Of a stretch of DNA of 64,000 bases, positions 11,604 to 23,741 are shown in pieces; position 1 is the stretch's first letter; each line of letters starts with the position of its first letter. The notes below the pieces were generated by a model that made no database searches, was not told the origin of the DNA, and saw nothing but the letters and a program-made list of their open reading frames with translations. The DNA is from Carpediemonas membranifera BICM (Eukaryota > Protista > Fornicata): contig JAHDYR010000067.1 of the NCBI GenBank assembly GCA_019828565.1, positions 464,244-528,243 on the forward strand. Direction: 5' to 3'. The translations under genes were made by a program, and so were the position numbers.

Positions 11604-11917
11604 TCAATCCTGTATATGCACGCCAAGTTCTCTTCAGTCTCGTTTCAAGCGCTTGGAGCAAGTTCACGTTGCGCGTGGGCGAGGTGAATGCAGTGGCAGA
11701 TTGATCTGGTCGATGATTTGGTGCGAATCAGTGCGAGATCGAAATAATCAACATGCTATTGCGGTACCAACGTATTTCTACGCCGATGTTGGCTGCGACT
11801 CGGGCTCTCCAGGGGCAGTGCCCTCGCTATGGTCAACGTGAGGCGTGAGCTTGAGGGGGAGAACTTTCGTGCTGGTTGGTGAATCGGGAATGATAAAGGC
11901 TTGAGTCACGTGCGCCA

Positions 11918-12667
11918 GGGCGACGAGTGGTCTGGCGTGAAGCAGCGGTGTCTGGCCTCGCGTGTGCTCTCGCGCGACCCATTCTGGGCAACAACGGCAG
12001 GCGGCATTTAGAGGTGCGATGATGTTGGTTAGCGATGACGTCGGAGAGTAGTCTGAATTGTGTTTCTACTGGGAGAGCCCAGCAGCCCAGTGCATTTGAC
12101 TGATAGATACTTCTGCAGGCTTCCAGCGCCGCGAGCTCTAAGCATCGGCCGGGGCCTCATCTGCCAACGAGCAAGCGGCGGTGCTTTTCTAGTGCCTGCA
12201 GCGGCGCTTTCGTGCCGACTGCCTCTCGCAGCTCACTGTCGAACTCAGACTTTCCCGAGCGCTCGCGCGCCCTGGCACGGGCTTCCGACGTCGTGTTGAT
12301 GTTGTTTGAAAGATGGCGTATACCGTGTGTCTGAGTAGCCCCGATGCGTTAAGGCATTCGCAGCCGTGGAGTTCACGTGCGTTTCGCTAAGTGCCTCGCC
12401 GCGCAGCCCATGCAGGGGCTGAAGGCAGAAGCATTAGCGAGCGCCGAAGCATGAGAACGAGCAAGACGCTCAGTTCGCGGCGCTTCGGCCCTCTGACTTT
12501 TTTGCGTGAAAAAAGCTGCAAAAGTGCGCGGCCGGTTTCGCGCGACTGACACCGCCCGGGGCCTCTGGCCGACAGTCTGCCCTGGGCTGCAGCATCTCCT
12601 TGGTCGCTCAACCTTCTCTGGTCATGCGAGGACAGCGTCCTGCCTGAGACATGCAAGGAGCTCACTG
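11918..12667 (-). repeat. ~750 bp RNase P RNA-containing repeat unit, copy 1
   Basis: Reverse complement of 15046-15794 and near-identical to the copies at 41522 and 60942. Confidence 0.95.
12037..12292 (-). ncRNA. RPR1: Nuclear RNase P RNA, copy 1 (variant)
   Basis: P1 GACGTCGGA/TCCGACGTC, CR-I GGGAAAGTCTGAG, CR-V ACACAATTCAGACTA. Has a P2 3'-strand mismatch (GCACTGG) and a 1-nt insertion relative to the other copies. Confidence 0.9.
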
Positions 12668-13474
12668 CCGCGCTTCTGCAATCCCAGCGGCGACAGATGT
12701 TGCGTTGCGGTGTTCCGTACTCAGGTGGGTCGTGTAGGGGCGACGAACCAACCGTCAAGGTTGGTCAAATGATTGGATCAATTCGGCTGGCCACAATTTG
12801 GTTTCGCCGCCACAGCATGACGTAAATATTCTTCCCCCCGTTGCTTTATGGAACAGTGGCGCAGCGGCGTAGCTCGCTCTTGTGTTGTCTGGTTCCGCAG
12901 GGGACTGGAATGTTTACAGGGTTCGCAGCCAGCCTTAGCAGTGAGTGGACCGACCACCATACTCACCCTACCCTACACAGATCTCAGCGTATCCTCCCGT
13001 CCAGTGGTCCTCGGACATTTATTACGTGCATCAGCCCCACACTTCTCGGCCTGGGTGGTGCAAGTTCAGGATCCAGCGCGCCCTGCTGCAGCTGCCATGT
13101 GCCAATGGATTCATTTCAGCCACTCATTTTCCTGAAAGAGACAGCGGCCATGGCCAGACTCCCTGTCACACCCGCAGTCGCCCAGAGGCTTGACCGGAAG
13201 GACTGACATAGCCATGAAGACAGCGCCAGCGCAATAAACGAGCTAAGCAGTGTAATGATGACGCGAAACGTCGCGAAGATGGCATCATAGCTTCCGGTGT
13301 GGGTGGTGAGGGAGGCCCAGCGAGCGGTGACCATTCCCTTTGACATTGGTTGTCAATCAATTTGTCGCCGCTATGGTCGCGCCTCGCGGCTGCTGTGCGA
13401 CTCCGCGGTGAGTGGTGTCGGCGGTCGGCGAGTCGGCAGTCAGAATTTGGGCACCGAACTGAGCGCTGAAACCA

Positions 13475-15031
13475 ATGAACAGCACTAGTTCCTCGCCATC
13501 TGCCATCAGAGATGCGCTGATCACCGCATTCCGCGCCTCGCTTGTTGCAACGGCCTCCATCTCTGGGGACATCCCATCCTTGATCCAGTGCGCCTACTCC
13601 AGGCACTTCAAGAAGCCTCCTCGCCACGCTCTCAGAGATCCCCCCTCTCGAACCAACCGCGCAAGCCCTCCTCGACCGCGCCCGCTCGATCCTCACCAGC
13701 GGCCCCCCGCTGTCAATGAACGTTGAGCTCGCGGATGGCGAGGAGCTCCCGGTCGCCATGCACACGCTGAACCAGGGCGCGGTGTGGGCGTGTCTGGTGG
13801 GTGGCGGGGCCAACCCCGACCTCGAGGACAGGGTGCTGGAGGAGGCTCAAGAGGAGTGGCCGCACAATCCCGAGATGCACGACAAGATCCGCAAGGCTCT
13901 CGCCCCTGAGGCCAAGTGCCTCTGGTTCCTCTGCCGCAAGTTCTTCTTCTCGCTGAATGTGGCAGAGAAGGACGGCGAGTGCTATCAGCACGCTTGGTCC
14001 TACATATTTTATCACCACCGCATGTACATGGGCCGCCTCTTCATGCTCGGCACTGCCAATCACACCGCCTTCACCAGGGCCAGGATGCCCAGGGCCCTCG
14101 AGGTCTATAGCAACAGCAACGGCTTCACCCACATCGCCAGGACGCCCAAGGGTCTGTGGGGCTGGGGGATAGCGGTCATGGCCAGCTGGGGTTCAAGTCG
14201 TCTAAGGTCGCCCCGACCCGCCTCACCTTCCCCGCCTGCCCCAAGGTCGCCGAGCTCGAGGCCAGCCTGCCCCCCTGGGAGAAGCACTGGATGGTGACAG
14301 ATGTGTCGCTGATTTGTGATCGGACGTTCATCCTCTCTTCGGTCGGCACTTTCACGGCCGGTGGACATCCAGAATAGTTCAGAGGCCATGTCCAGGGATA
14401 CAACCGACTGCTATTCCACCCAGTCGCTGTGCCCGCTGGCTTTGTCCCAGATCACATCATTCATGTGGGAAGTTTATTTATCGCGACTGTCATCCTCTCC
14501 ATGGGCGATCGGCAGGTGATCAGCGGGAGAAACGATTATGGCCAGCTGGGACTCGGGCACGGCAATGGTTTGTCTGGATTCGTTGACCTGCCCTTCTGGG
14601 TCGACCGGATCATAACAAGCAGCTTATTCTTCGTCTTCCTCAGTGGCCGCCAGCTGCTCTTCACTGGCAAAGTTCCCATCCATATCGCCCAGTCGGGCCT
14701 GCTGCCTGGTTTCAGCGAGGATGACTTCTGCATCACAGCCACCCCGCTCCGGTTCCCAGAGAGGGTCAAGGGGTTCTGGTGTGACGATTATCAGATCGTC
14801 TGGGTGACCGAGGGTGCCACCCACTTCTTCCACCATGGGAAGCTTACCGTGGTTCCTATTGAGGCGACAGCGTTCAGTGAAGACCTGTACATTCGCTTCT
14901 GCGACTCAACCGGCCAGTGGTTCAGGGTGGTGGGTGAGTCAGATGGGGTGGCTGAGCTGGTCGAGTGCGAGGCGCCCAGAAGGCCGAGAGACATCATTCC
15001 CGTCGATTTCGACCCAAGCCCTCAATCATAA
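13475..15031 (+). pseudogene. RCC1-like repeat family gene, copy 3 (disrupted)
   Basis: Same family. Frameshift near 14168 and TAG at 14375-14377; both lesions are shared with copy 1. Confidence 0.75.
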
Positions 15032-15045
15032 ACGTTCTGAAGCGA

Positions 15046-15794
15046 CAGTGAGCTCCTTGCATGTCTCAGGCAGGACGCTGTCCTCGCATGACCAGAGAAG
15101 GTTGAGCGACCAAGGAGATGCTGCAGCCCAGGGCAGACTGTCGGCCAGAGGCCCCGGGCGGTGTCAGTCGCGCGAAACCGGCCGCGCACTTTTGCAGCTT
15201 TTTTCACGCAAAAAAGTCAGAGGGCCGAAGCGCCGCGAACTGAGCGTCTTGCTCGTTCTCATGCTTCGGCGCTCGCTAATGCTTCTGCCTTCAGCCCCTG
15301 CATGGGCTGCGCGGCGAGGCACTTAGCGAAACGCACGTGAACTCCACGGCTGCGAATGCCTTAACGCATCGGGGCTACTCAGACACACGGTATACGCCAT
15401 CTTTCAAACAACATCAACACGACGTCGGAAGCCCGTGCCAGGGCGCGCGAGCGCTCGGGAAGGTCTGAGTTCGACAGTGAGCTGCGAGAGGCAGTCGGCA
15501 CGAAAGCGCCGCTGCAGGCACTAGAAAGCACCGCCGCTTGCTCGTTGGCAGATGAGGCCCCGGCCGATGCTTAGAGCTCGCGGCGCTGGAAGCCTGCAGA
15601 AGTATCTATCAGTCAAATGCACGGGGCTGCTGGGCTCTCCCAGTAGAAACACAATTCAGACTACTCTCCGACGTCATCGCTAACCAACATCATCGCACCT
15701 CTAAATGCCGCCTGCCGTTGTTGCCCAGAATGGGTCGCGCGAGAGCACACGCGAGGCCAGACACCGCTGCTTCACGCCAGACCACTCGTCGCCC
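15046..15794 (+). repeat. RNase P RNA-containing repeat unit, copy 2 (empty-site version for both element A and the LINE)
   Basis: Contains uninterrupted CAGTGAGCTCCTTGCA and AGAGGGCCGAAG, the sites occupied by retroelements in copies 4 and 3. Confidence 0.95.
15421..15675 (+). ncRNA. RPR1: Nuclear RNase P RNA, copy 2
   Basis: CR-I GGGAAGGTCTGAG (15457-15469) and CR-V CAATTCAGACTACTCTCC match the human H1 RNA motifs as I recall them and form P4. P1 GACGTCGGA/TCCGACGTC; P2 CCCGTGC/GCACGGG; P9-like CGGCAC-GAAA-GCGCCG; P10/11 CTGCAGGC/GCCTGCAG; CR-II AGAA, CR-III TGGAA, CR-IV AGTCAAAT; P19 CTGCTGGG/CCCAGTAG. Confidence 0.95.
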
Positions 15795-15916
15795 CAGGCT
15801 AGACCCGCTGAACCCCTCTTCAAAATCGAGCAGAGTTGAGATTCGAGCAACTCTAAGCAAACTCAGCGGAACTGAGCCTCAAGTCAATTCGCCGGTCACG
15901 TTCGAAAACACCGCAT

Positions 15917-18900
15917 ATGATCAACATCGGTATCGATCTCGGCGGTGTAGGTGCTCACATTGGTTTGTATCATCCAATTCTCAGCTTATTCAGTAATCTC
16001 CGATGAGAATGGCTCCATCGTTTATCAGGCCTCCAAAGCTCATCACGGAAACGCTCTCCCCGCTCTTTCTGAGCTGATTCCACCGGAATTCCTCAACCAG
16101 AACGCAGTTGTTGGTGTTACCGGCCTTCTCGCCCCCATCATCTGCTCCAAGCTCGGGCTTGAGCCCATCGATACCGTGAACTGCACTGTTCGTGGCCTCC
16201 AGTCTCTCACGGACAAGAAGTTCGACCACATCATTGACATCGGTGGCACTTCCCTTTCCCTTGTTTCCCTTGAGAAGCAGAACGAGTTTAAGTCTTTCTC
16301 TTGCAACACCCTTTGCGCCGCCGGTACTGGCTCCTTCCTTGACGAGCAGGCCTCCCGTCTCGGCATCTCCTACGATAAGATCGAGGCCAAGGACACCTAC
16401 GAGCAGCCCCCCTCTATCGCCGCGCGTTGCGCAGTTTTCGCCAAGTCTGATCTCATCCACCGTCAGCAGCAGGGCTACACGCCCGAGCAGTGCTGGTCCG
16501 GCCTCTGCCGCGGTATGACCAAGACCATCGTCTCTACCCTCTTCAAGGGTCGCCGTTCCGCTGGCGAGATCGTCGCCATCGGTGGTGTCGCCCTCAACAA
16601 CGAGGTTGTCTACTGGCTCAACGGCGAGTGCGAGGGCAACGTCCAGACCCTCCCCAGCACCCAGGCTGACCTCATCACCGCCATCGGTGCGATGAAGCTC
16701 GCCAAGGAGCGCACCCTCCCCGCTGTCTCCATCACTGAGACCACCCTCACCGAGCAGGACCTCCTCGACAAGGACAAGTACCACCTCCGCAAGCCCCTCG
16801 TCCTCAACAAGACCCACTACCCCTCTTTCGACTGCTTCGAGGACTGGATCAACGAGGATCGCTCCGAGATCCGCGTCCTCTGTGACCTCAACCAGGTCAA
16901 GTCCGAGGCTGGCGAGATCATCGCCTACTGCGGTCTCGATATCGGCTCCACCTCTACCAAGGCGTTGCTCGTCAACGACAAGGAGGAGCCCATCCTCGAT
17001 ATTTACCGTAAGACCCGCGGTGACCCCCTTGGTGCCACCTCCCTTCTCTTCAAGGCCGTCCGCGAGGTCGCCGAGAAGTACGGTATCACCATCACTGTCA
17101 GCGGCTTCGGTACCACTGGTTCCGGCCGTAAGATCGTCGGCCAGGTCTGCGGTGCCGACTTTGTCGTCAACGAGATCACTGCTCACGTCACTGGCGCCAT
17201 GAAGGTTGACCCTACCATCGACACCATCTTCGAGATCGGTGGCCAGGATGCCAAGTACATCCACACGGTCAACGGCCGCCACCACAACTCTAACATGAAC
17301 TACGTGTGCGCTGCCGGTACAGGCTCCTTCGTCGAGGAGCTCGCCCGCTCCCTTGGCTTCGACCTCTTCACCCTCGGTGACGAGTGCCTCGGCGCCCAGC
17401 CCCCCGCCACGTCCGAGAGGTAAGTTCCCTTTCACTCACACTTACGTAGATGCACTGTCTTCATGCAGCAGGACGCCGCCCGCCTCCTCCGCGAGGGTGT
17501 GTCCAAGCGCGACGTCATGGCCGCCGTCATGTACTCCGTCGTCCGCAACTACCTCCTCAAGGTCGTTGGCTCCCGCTACTACTCCCGTAAGAAGGTCTTC
17601 TTCCAGGGCGCTACTGCCAAGAACAAGTCCCTTGTTGCCGCCTTCGAGAACCTCCTCGACGTCGAGGTTGTCGTCTCCCCTCTCTGCCACGTCATGGGCT
17701 CGTACGGTGTCGCCCTTCTCACGGCCCAGCGCCTCCAGAAGTCTGGCAACCAGACCACCTTCGTCGGCATTGACTTCAACTCCTCCCACGTCAAGCTCGT
17801 GAAGGAGAGCTGCACTTTCTGCAACAACTACTGCGAGATCACCTTCGCCGAGGTCGAGGGTCTCGAGAACCGCCCCTCCTGGGGCTACATGTGCGGCCGT
17901 GACCCCGAAGACAACAAGGTCCGCCGCTGCGACGAGTACAAGTGGTTCACCAAGAGAAACGGCATATTCCGCAAGAAGTACGCCCTGCCCGCTAGCCACA
18001 AGGCCGTCGAGCAGAAGAAGACGATCGGCATCAACCGCTGCCTGCTGACCTGGGAGTTCTACCCCCTCTACCGCGCCGTCTTCGAGCACCTTGGCTTCAA
18101 CGTCAAGCTCTCCCGCCCCACTGACCGCAACACCGTCGAGATGTCCTCCCAGTGGGTCGGCGCCGACTACTGCTTCCCCGCTAAGCTCGCCCACGGGCAC
18201 ACCCGTGACCTCCTGGACGACGCCGAGGTCGACTTCGTCTTCCTCCCCTACAGCACTGGCTCCTTCAGCTCTCCCCAGACTAACAACTCGTGCTTCTGCC
18301 CCTACAACACCGCCACGGCCTCTTTCATCAACTCGGCCATTTACCTCAACTCCACCAAGGCCGACACCGACGCTGCCCGCATCATCTCCCCCGTCATCGA
18401 CTTCCGCCAGACCCCCAAGACCATCGCCATGCGCATGGCTGAGGTCCTCACGCCCAAGCTCGGCGTCAGCGAGAAGGATATCCTCAACGCCCTCAACCAC
18501 GCCATGGACGTCTGGAGCAACTACCAGGAGGGCCTCCAGGGCATCGGCCAGCAGGCCCTCGCCGACCTCGAGGCTAACCCCGACGGAAAGCCCGGCATTG
18601 TCATCATCGGCCGCCCCTACAACGTCTACGACTCTGGCGCCAACCTCGACCTTCCCAAGAAGATTGCCATGCTCGGCTTCCCCGTGATCCCCATGGAGAC
18701 CCTGCCCCTCGACTCTGTCCAGCTCGACGCCGAGCACGCCAACATGTACTGGGCTTACGGCCGTAAGATCCTGCAGGCCGCCAAGTTCATCTCCCAGCAC
18801 GAGCGTCTGTACGGTGTCTACTTCACCAACTTCTGCTGCGGGCCTGACGCCTTCATCCAGACCTACGTCGAGCAGATCATGGGCCACAAGCCCATGCTGA

Positions 18901-20222
18901 TGCTCGAGCTCGATGAGCATGGTGCCGATGCCGGCTACATCACCCGTATCGAGGCCTTCGCCGACGTCCTTTCCCAGACCAACGTCATCACATGGAACGC
19001 CAAGCCCCTCGACGTCAAGCCCTTCGACAAGGAGACCACCCTCAAGGACCGCATCATGTGGATCCCCATCATCCAGCCTGTCTGTGCTGAGCTCACGGCC
19101 GCCGTCATCCGCGCCTCTGGCCAGGACTGCCGCGTGCTCCCCCCTGAAACCGGCGACGTTTACGACCTCGGCCGTTCCCTCACCCGTGGCACTGAGTGCG
19201 TGCCCTGCCCCACTGTGCTCGGTGGCTTCCTCAACGTCATGCGCACCTGGCCCGACCAGAGCCAGAAGCACGCCATCCTCATGACTGAGGCCCACGGCCC
19301 CTGCCGCTACGGCCAGTACCGTACCCTCCAGCGCGTTGTCCTCAACGAGCAGGGTTTCGAGGACGTCCCCATCGTCTACTGGTCGGCCCGCGACTCGTAC
19401 GCCGCCGCTGAGGGCTACTCTCGCCGCATCATCTTCCAGGCTGTCTGCACCGGCGACCTTCTCGTTAAGATGCGCAACCGCGCCGCTCCCTACACCCGCA
19501 CCCCCGCCGAGAAGCAGGAGGTCGAGGAGATGCTCGTTGAGTTCACCCGCCGTTGTGCTGACGCCTACGAGAACAACCAGCCTGCCCGCGTCAAGGACAT
19601 CATCCGTGAGGCTGCCCGCCGCTTCAAGGCCAAGATGGACCCCTCGATGCCCCGCAAGCCCGTCGTCGGCCTCGTTGGTGAGATTTACATCCGTACTAAC
19701 AAGTACCTCAACCGCGACCTCGTCGGCGCCATTGAGGCGTGCGGCGGTGAGGCCTGGGCCGCTCCCATCGCCGAGTGGGTGCTCTACGCCGCCGCCATGG
19801 AGGGCTACAAGGGCAAGCGCAACAAGACCGCCATCATGGGCCGCGCTGGCACCTACATCAAGAACCTCTTCCTCTCCAAGGACTTCAAGGACATCTACGC
19901 TGCCGGTGCCGAGCTGATCTCCGACTCGCCCGAGTCTGACCCGCTCGAGACCATCAAGGAGGGCGCTGAGTACATGTCCCAGGACTTCGAGGGTGAGGCC
20001 CTCTGCACAGTCGGCCGCGCCGTCGAGTTTATCAAGCACGGCGCCGCCCTCGTCGTTAACGTCACCCCCTTCGGCTGCATGCCTGGCAACATCACAATGG
20101 GTGTTTTTGAACGCGTTCAGGAGGAGCACAACGCCTCTATCGTGAACATGGTTTATGACGGCGACTCTGACATTAACGGGAAGATCAACGTCTTCATGTC
20201 CAACCTTCGCCAGCGCGAGTAA
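15917..20222 (+). CDS. Bacterial-type 2-hydroxyacyl-CoA dehydratase activator fusion (2x BadF/BadG/BcrA/BcrD ATPase + DUF2229-type domains), ~1414 aa; introns 15963-15993 and 17420-17449
   Basis: Splicing gives MINIGIDLGG...; DIGG, CAAGTGSF twice, ARCAVFAKSD, GLDIGSTSTK, EIGGQDAK, and SER|CTVFM restored across the 30-nt intron; CFPAKLAHGH, IGRPYN, FCCGPD, ELDEH, GPCRYGQY, PFGCMPG. Confidence 0.92.
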
Positions 20223-21231
20223 GTTTATAAATGCGAATATTATTAATAGTCTGTGGCTGTTATGGCGGTCGATGCTTCAATCTGTCACTCTCTTTGACCA
20301 TCACCTTATTAACCACCCGACCGACAAAGCAAGCTGAGCACGAAAGGCACTGACACAGCGACTCCCGGACAGAAGCAGCTGAGTCACACAAGCCATTTAG
20401 TGGTGCCGGGAAGCTCCGGGCTGGGTCGAGTCTGCACCAGAGGAAGACCTGACCAGTCTCGACTGGGGCAAACTCGACTGCCCAAAAAGGAAACGGCCTG
20501 AATGAGAAAAGCTGGAATGACCCAACTGCGACTCTGACCAGGGTTGACCAGTCGACTTTGACGACTCCGAGCCGTGCATAAAATGCATATTTGCAATGCG
20601 CCAACTGAGGCTTTGCGTGTTCTTAATGCGATGAAATAGCTGCAGGACTGCACATATGATCATTTTACTGTAATAACCTGTGTCTAACTTGATCCTCATG
20701 CAAGAATGTTCTCTTAAGTTTCTCATGGGCGCCAATGGCGGTATGGCTGCGATAGCGGGGAAGAAGCTGATGGTGAAGATATCATTCGAGAAAACTATTG
20801 AAAGTGCCGTCGTTTGCCCACCTGAAGATTGTGCAAGTTCCCATGTTCGGACCCGATTTGGCTCAGGGGTACGGTTGTCCAGGCGAGGTGTGGCACGAGT
20901 CTTCAAGGCCGATTGTAGACCGACGACTGCCAACGCCTGATATGGCGCCGCATGCCCGAGACAATGCAGCTATCGCCCTATAGTATCCCCGCACTGTTTC
21001 GAAGGTCTTGTCTCGTTTCCCACGCGAGTTGGACTCATTCAGTTCGGGTTGTCAGCCGATGCTAGTCAGCGATGGCATGGTTATCCGACCAGTTTTCCAG
21101 ATTTTTTTCACAACCATCCCTTGTGACCATTTTGTCGTACAAGCTGGAAAGATGCTAGTTTGTCTTATTCTTGACTATCTGGCACTCTTTACCTGACAAT
21201 ATGCCCGCTCCTCTCTGTTGCGCCGTCCTTT

Positions 21232-22181
21232 TTGCTTGTTATGTTCATGAAACACCAGGATCCCTCTGATCCATCTTCGACAACACTTCTGCTCTTGCTA
21301 ATTCCTCTCTTCTCAGTTGTGGCTGTTGTAGCGATCGTATTCTACCTCGCTCAGACCGTTTTCTTCAACATCTTCTTTTCTGAAGCAATTGGCGATGCGG
21401 CAATCTTCATCACAATGATCGGTGCGATTCCACACATCACTGTCATACCCTATACCATCCTCTGCTATGTCGTCCAGAAGGCTCACAAGTCCGAGGACCG
21501 GTCGTTCTCCTCTGCAGAGCTCGTGGCTCCATTGGCTGGTTCACAGCTGTGCCGATGACTGTGCTGGGCGGGCTCCACGCACTACTGTTTATGCAGACTG
21601 CCATTGACTTATCAGATTCGCTCACGGACACCGTTGTCATGCTCTGCGCGTTCTTCGTCTCTGTTGCTCTCATACTCCTCTACGGGACCACCCTTTGCCT
21701 TGCACCGTTCGTATTCAGCATTGGCGCCCTTTTAATGTTCGTGTCCAGCGTCTACCACAATGCTGTGAAGACCGGACAGATGGGCATTGGACAGAAAGTA
21801 GACGAAGCACAGTTTGTCCAAAAGCTCATGAAAGCCACACCCTACATCAAGATCACAGCACGCGGGGTTGAGACACGCCAGTGGACAACCCCGATCCTCA
21901 CTACGAACGTCCAGGGCAACACGACAACTGAGTACAGGACGACGTCGATGACAACGCAGGACACCACGGATGGGCGGTACGATGGCCCTTGTAGTGATGT
22001 CCTCACGAGTACGTCTGGTGGTGTAGACGAGTGTACTATTCTGCACATTAGGCTGGTTTATTCATTCTCCACAGATGAAGAAGAGGCGGTATTCGGGAAG
22101 AGAAAGAACGCGAGGCTGTACGAGCCAGGAACACACACAATTACCCATATATGTCCGAAAAACTACAGCTTGCTGGGTTAA
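21232..22181 (+). CDS. Multi-pass membrane protein, weakly TMEM151-like C-terminal part; split across frames (introns or decay)
   Basis: Adjacent hydrophobic ORFs 21232-21558 and 21549-22181. Segment LMKATPYIKITARG...TTT...YSFS resembles TMEM151 family architecture. Gene model unresolved. Confidence 0.35.
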
Positions 22182-22609
22182 GCTACGAATCAAGCTTTAC
22201 CGTCCACGCTGGCAAGACTCCCTCCCGCCATTTCATCGCTTATATCATTACTTCCTTGCTCATGCCAGGCTTCCAAGTTCTTTTCCTGGGAGTGCCGGTA
22301 GGTGTTGCTCACCGAGACGTCACATTGGAATATGTTAACATATATATATATGTTACATGTGTTTGGGGCGAGGGCAGGACGGTATTCATCATGGGGAAGG
22401 GTCTGCTTCAACACTTAACCTGCTTGGCGATGGAGAGTGCCCTCCGCAAGCTTACCAGGCCTATGCTGAAAGATGAATGCACCTGTAAACGTGTGATCGT
22501 GATTCTCCAATACATGGGTCGATATGCAGTGTCACGTGATGCCTCGACGAGATTGGTCAACAGAAAGATTGTTTAGATTAAAGCTACCAGTACATCGCTA
22601 CTAGTGGAT

Positions 22610-23212
22610 CTATCGGATTGGCCAGTCAGCCAAGAACTCTTGAATTGCCCTGATGGCACCAAACACGATGACAAGAATGAGCAACGCGCCCGTGATAATA
22701 GCTCCTCCCGCAAGCTGCACCGCCGCAAGTGAGGAGAAGATAACCGTTCGAATCAGCTTAAAGTCAGCCGTTCTCCTGGATATGATGGCTGCGGAGATCT
22801 CGAGGGAAAGCTCAACGAGCCCCGCAATGGAGAAGGGGAGAGGAAACAAGACCAAGCTGACGATTAGGACGACCTCAAACGGGCGCCAGGAGGAGTATAG
22901 CACAAGTAGGATCTCGAATACTGGCAGAACAAGCGCTAGAATGGTGAATGCAAGGAGGGTTACTGCGATTGTGCAGCGATTGATGGTTGAAATGAAGAGG
23001 TTCCGCGATGTGCCAGCGGGATAGGATGCAGAATGCTTATTGAATGACATATGCTCGCTTTTGGTCCCCATGTCGGCTGTGTGAGGCCCCGCTTTCGCTA
23101 ATTGGTGAGGATCACCATAAGTGATCGTCGGAGGGACATCGCTGAGCAAGCACTGCGTTTCATGTGGTGATTTTTCTATAGTTTCATCTGACCTATTGTC
23201 ATTTGAGTTCAT
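22610..23212 (-). CDS. Hypothetical membrane protein (~3 TM segments)
   Basis: Open frame from ATG 23212 with a polar N-terminus and three hydrophobic stretches; no family motif recognised. Confidence 0.45.
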   Translation of the reverse strand: MNSNDNRSDETIEKSPHETQCLLSDVPPTITYGDPHQLAKAGPHTADMGTKSEHMSFNKHSASYPAGTSRNLFISTINRCTIAVTLLAFTILALVLPVFEILLVLYSSWRPFEVVLIVSLVLFPLPFSIAGLVELSLEISAAIISRRTADFKLIRTVIFSSLAAVQLAGGAIITGALLILVIVFGAIRAIQEFLADWPIR

Positions 23213-23555
23213 ATGCTCGATATTTGGTTCTTCGTTGTATTGAGCCAAATCTCGGAAGAACGATCTCCCAATCCCACTCGATCAACCGTTTTTTCAGCAA
23301 CACGATGTTAGTATTTTCGAATCACGCGACATGCCGGATTCACCAATACAGCATGGTGCAAAATCTGATCGCCAGTGCGAGTGCATTCGAATTCATCAAA
23401 AAATCTTGACCAGCGTCGGTCCTGGCGCCGTCGCTTCCAGCGACAACTCTTCTGGCATTGTCCTTATCCTGCACATTGCGCCAAAACCCATCACCCGAGG
23501 TGATAAATATCAGACCTGATGTGGTGCCAAGTTCAGTTCGGGTTTGTGAGCATAA

Positions 23556-23660
23556 GCAGCCCAGGGCAGACTGTCGGCCAGAGGCCCCGGGCGGTGTCAG
23601 TCGCGCGAAACCGGCCGCGCACTTTTGCAGCTTTTTTCACGCAAAAAAGTCAGAGGGCCG
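23556..23660 (+). repeat. 5' part of RNase P repeat unit copy 3 (continues at 41522-42093 after element A)
   Basis: Matches 15123-15227; the sequence resumes after the GGCCG duplication at 41522. Confidence 0.95.
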
Positions 23661-23741
23661 TGTAGTCTCAGTAGACTTTCGAGTGATCGGGGGTGTGCAC
23701 TTTAATGATCGCTACATTCCCCTCCAGAGGCCGAACCGGCA

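Noticed and set aside
12387-12772. Recurrent short ORFs in the 750-bp repeat (e.g. SSLHVSGRTLSSHDQ, MKKAAKVRG)
   Set aside because: They recur only because the DNA is repeated; starts differ between copies and no protein features are present.
15421-15675. RNase MRP RNA or tRNA-derived SINE identity for the repeat core
   Set aside because: CR-II and CR-III with a P10/11-P12 domain and P-type CR-I/CR-V favour RNase P; no A/B boxes, tail or TSD were seen.
15990-20129. Long antisense ORFs (481 aa and 895 aa)
   Set aside because: Shadow frames caused by the extreme C-ending codon bias of the activator gene; no motifs of their own.
20260-21196. Short ORFs between the activator gene and the membrane protein
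   Set aside because: No recognisable motifs or consistent gene model.
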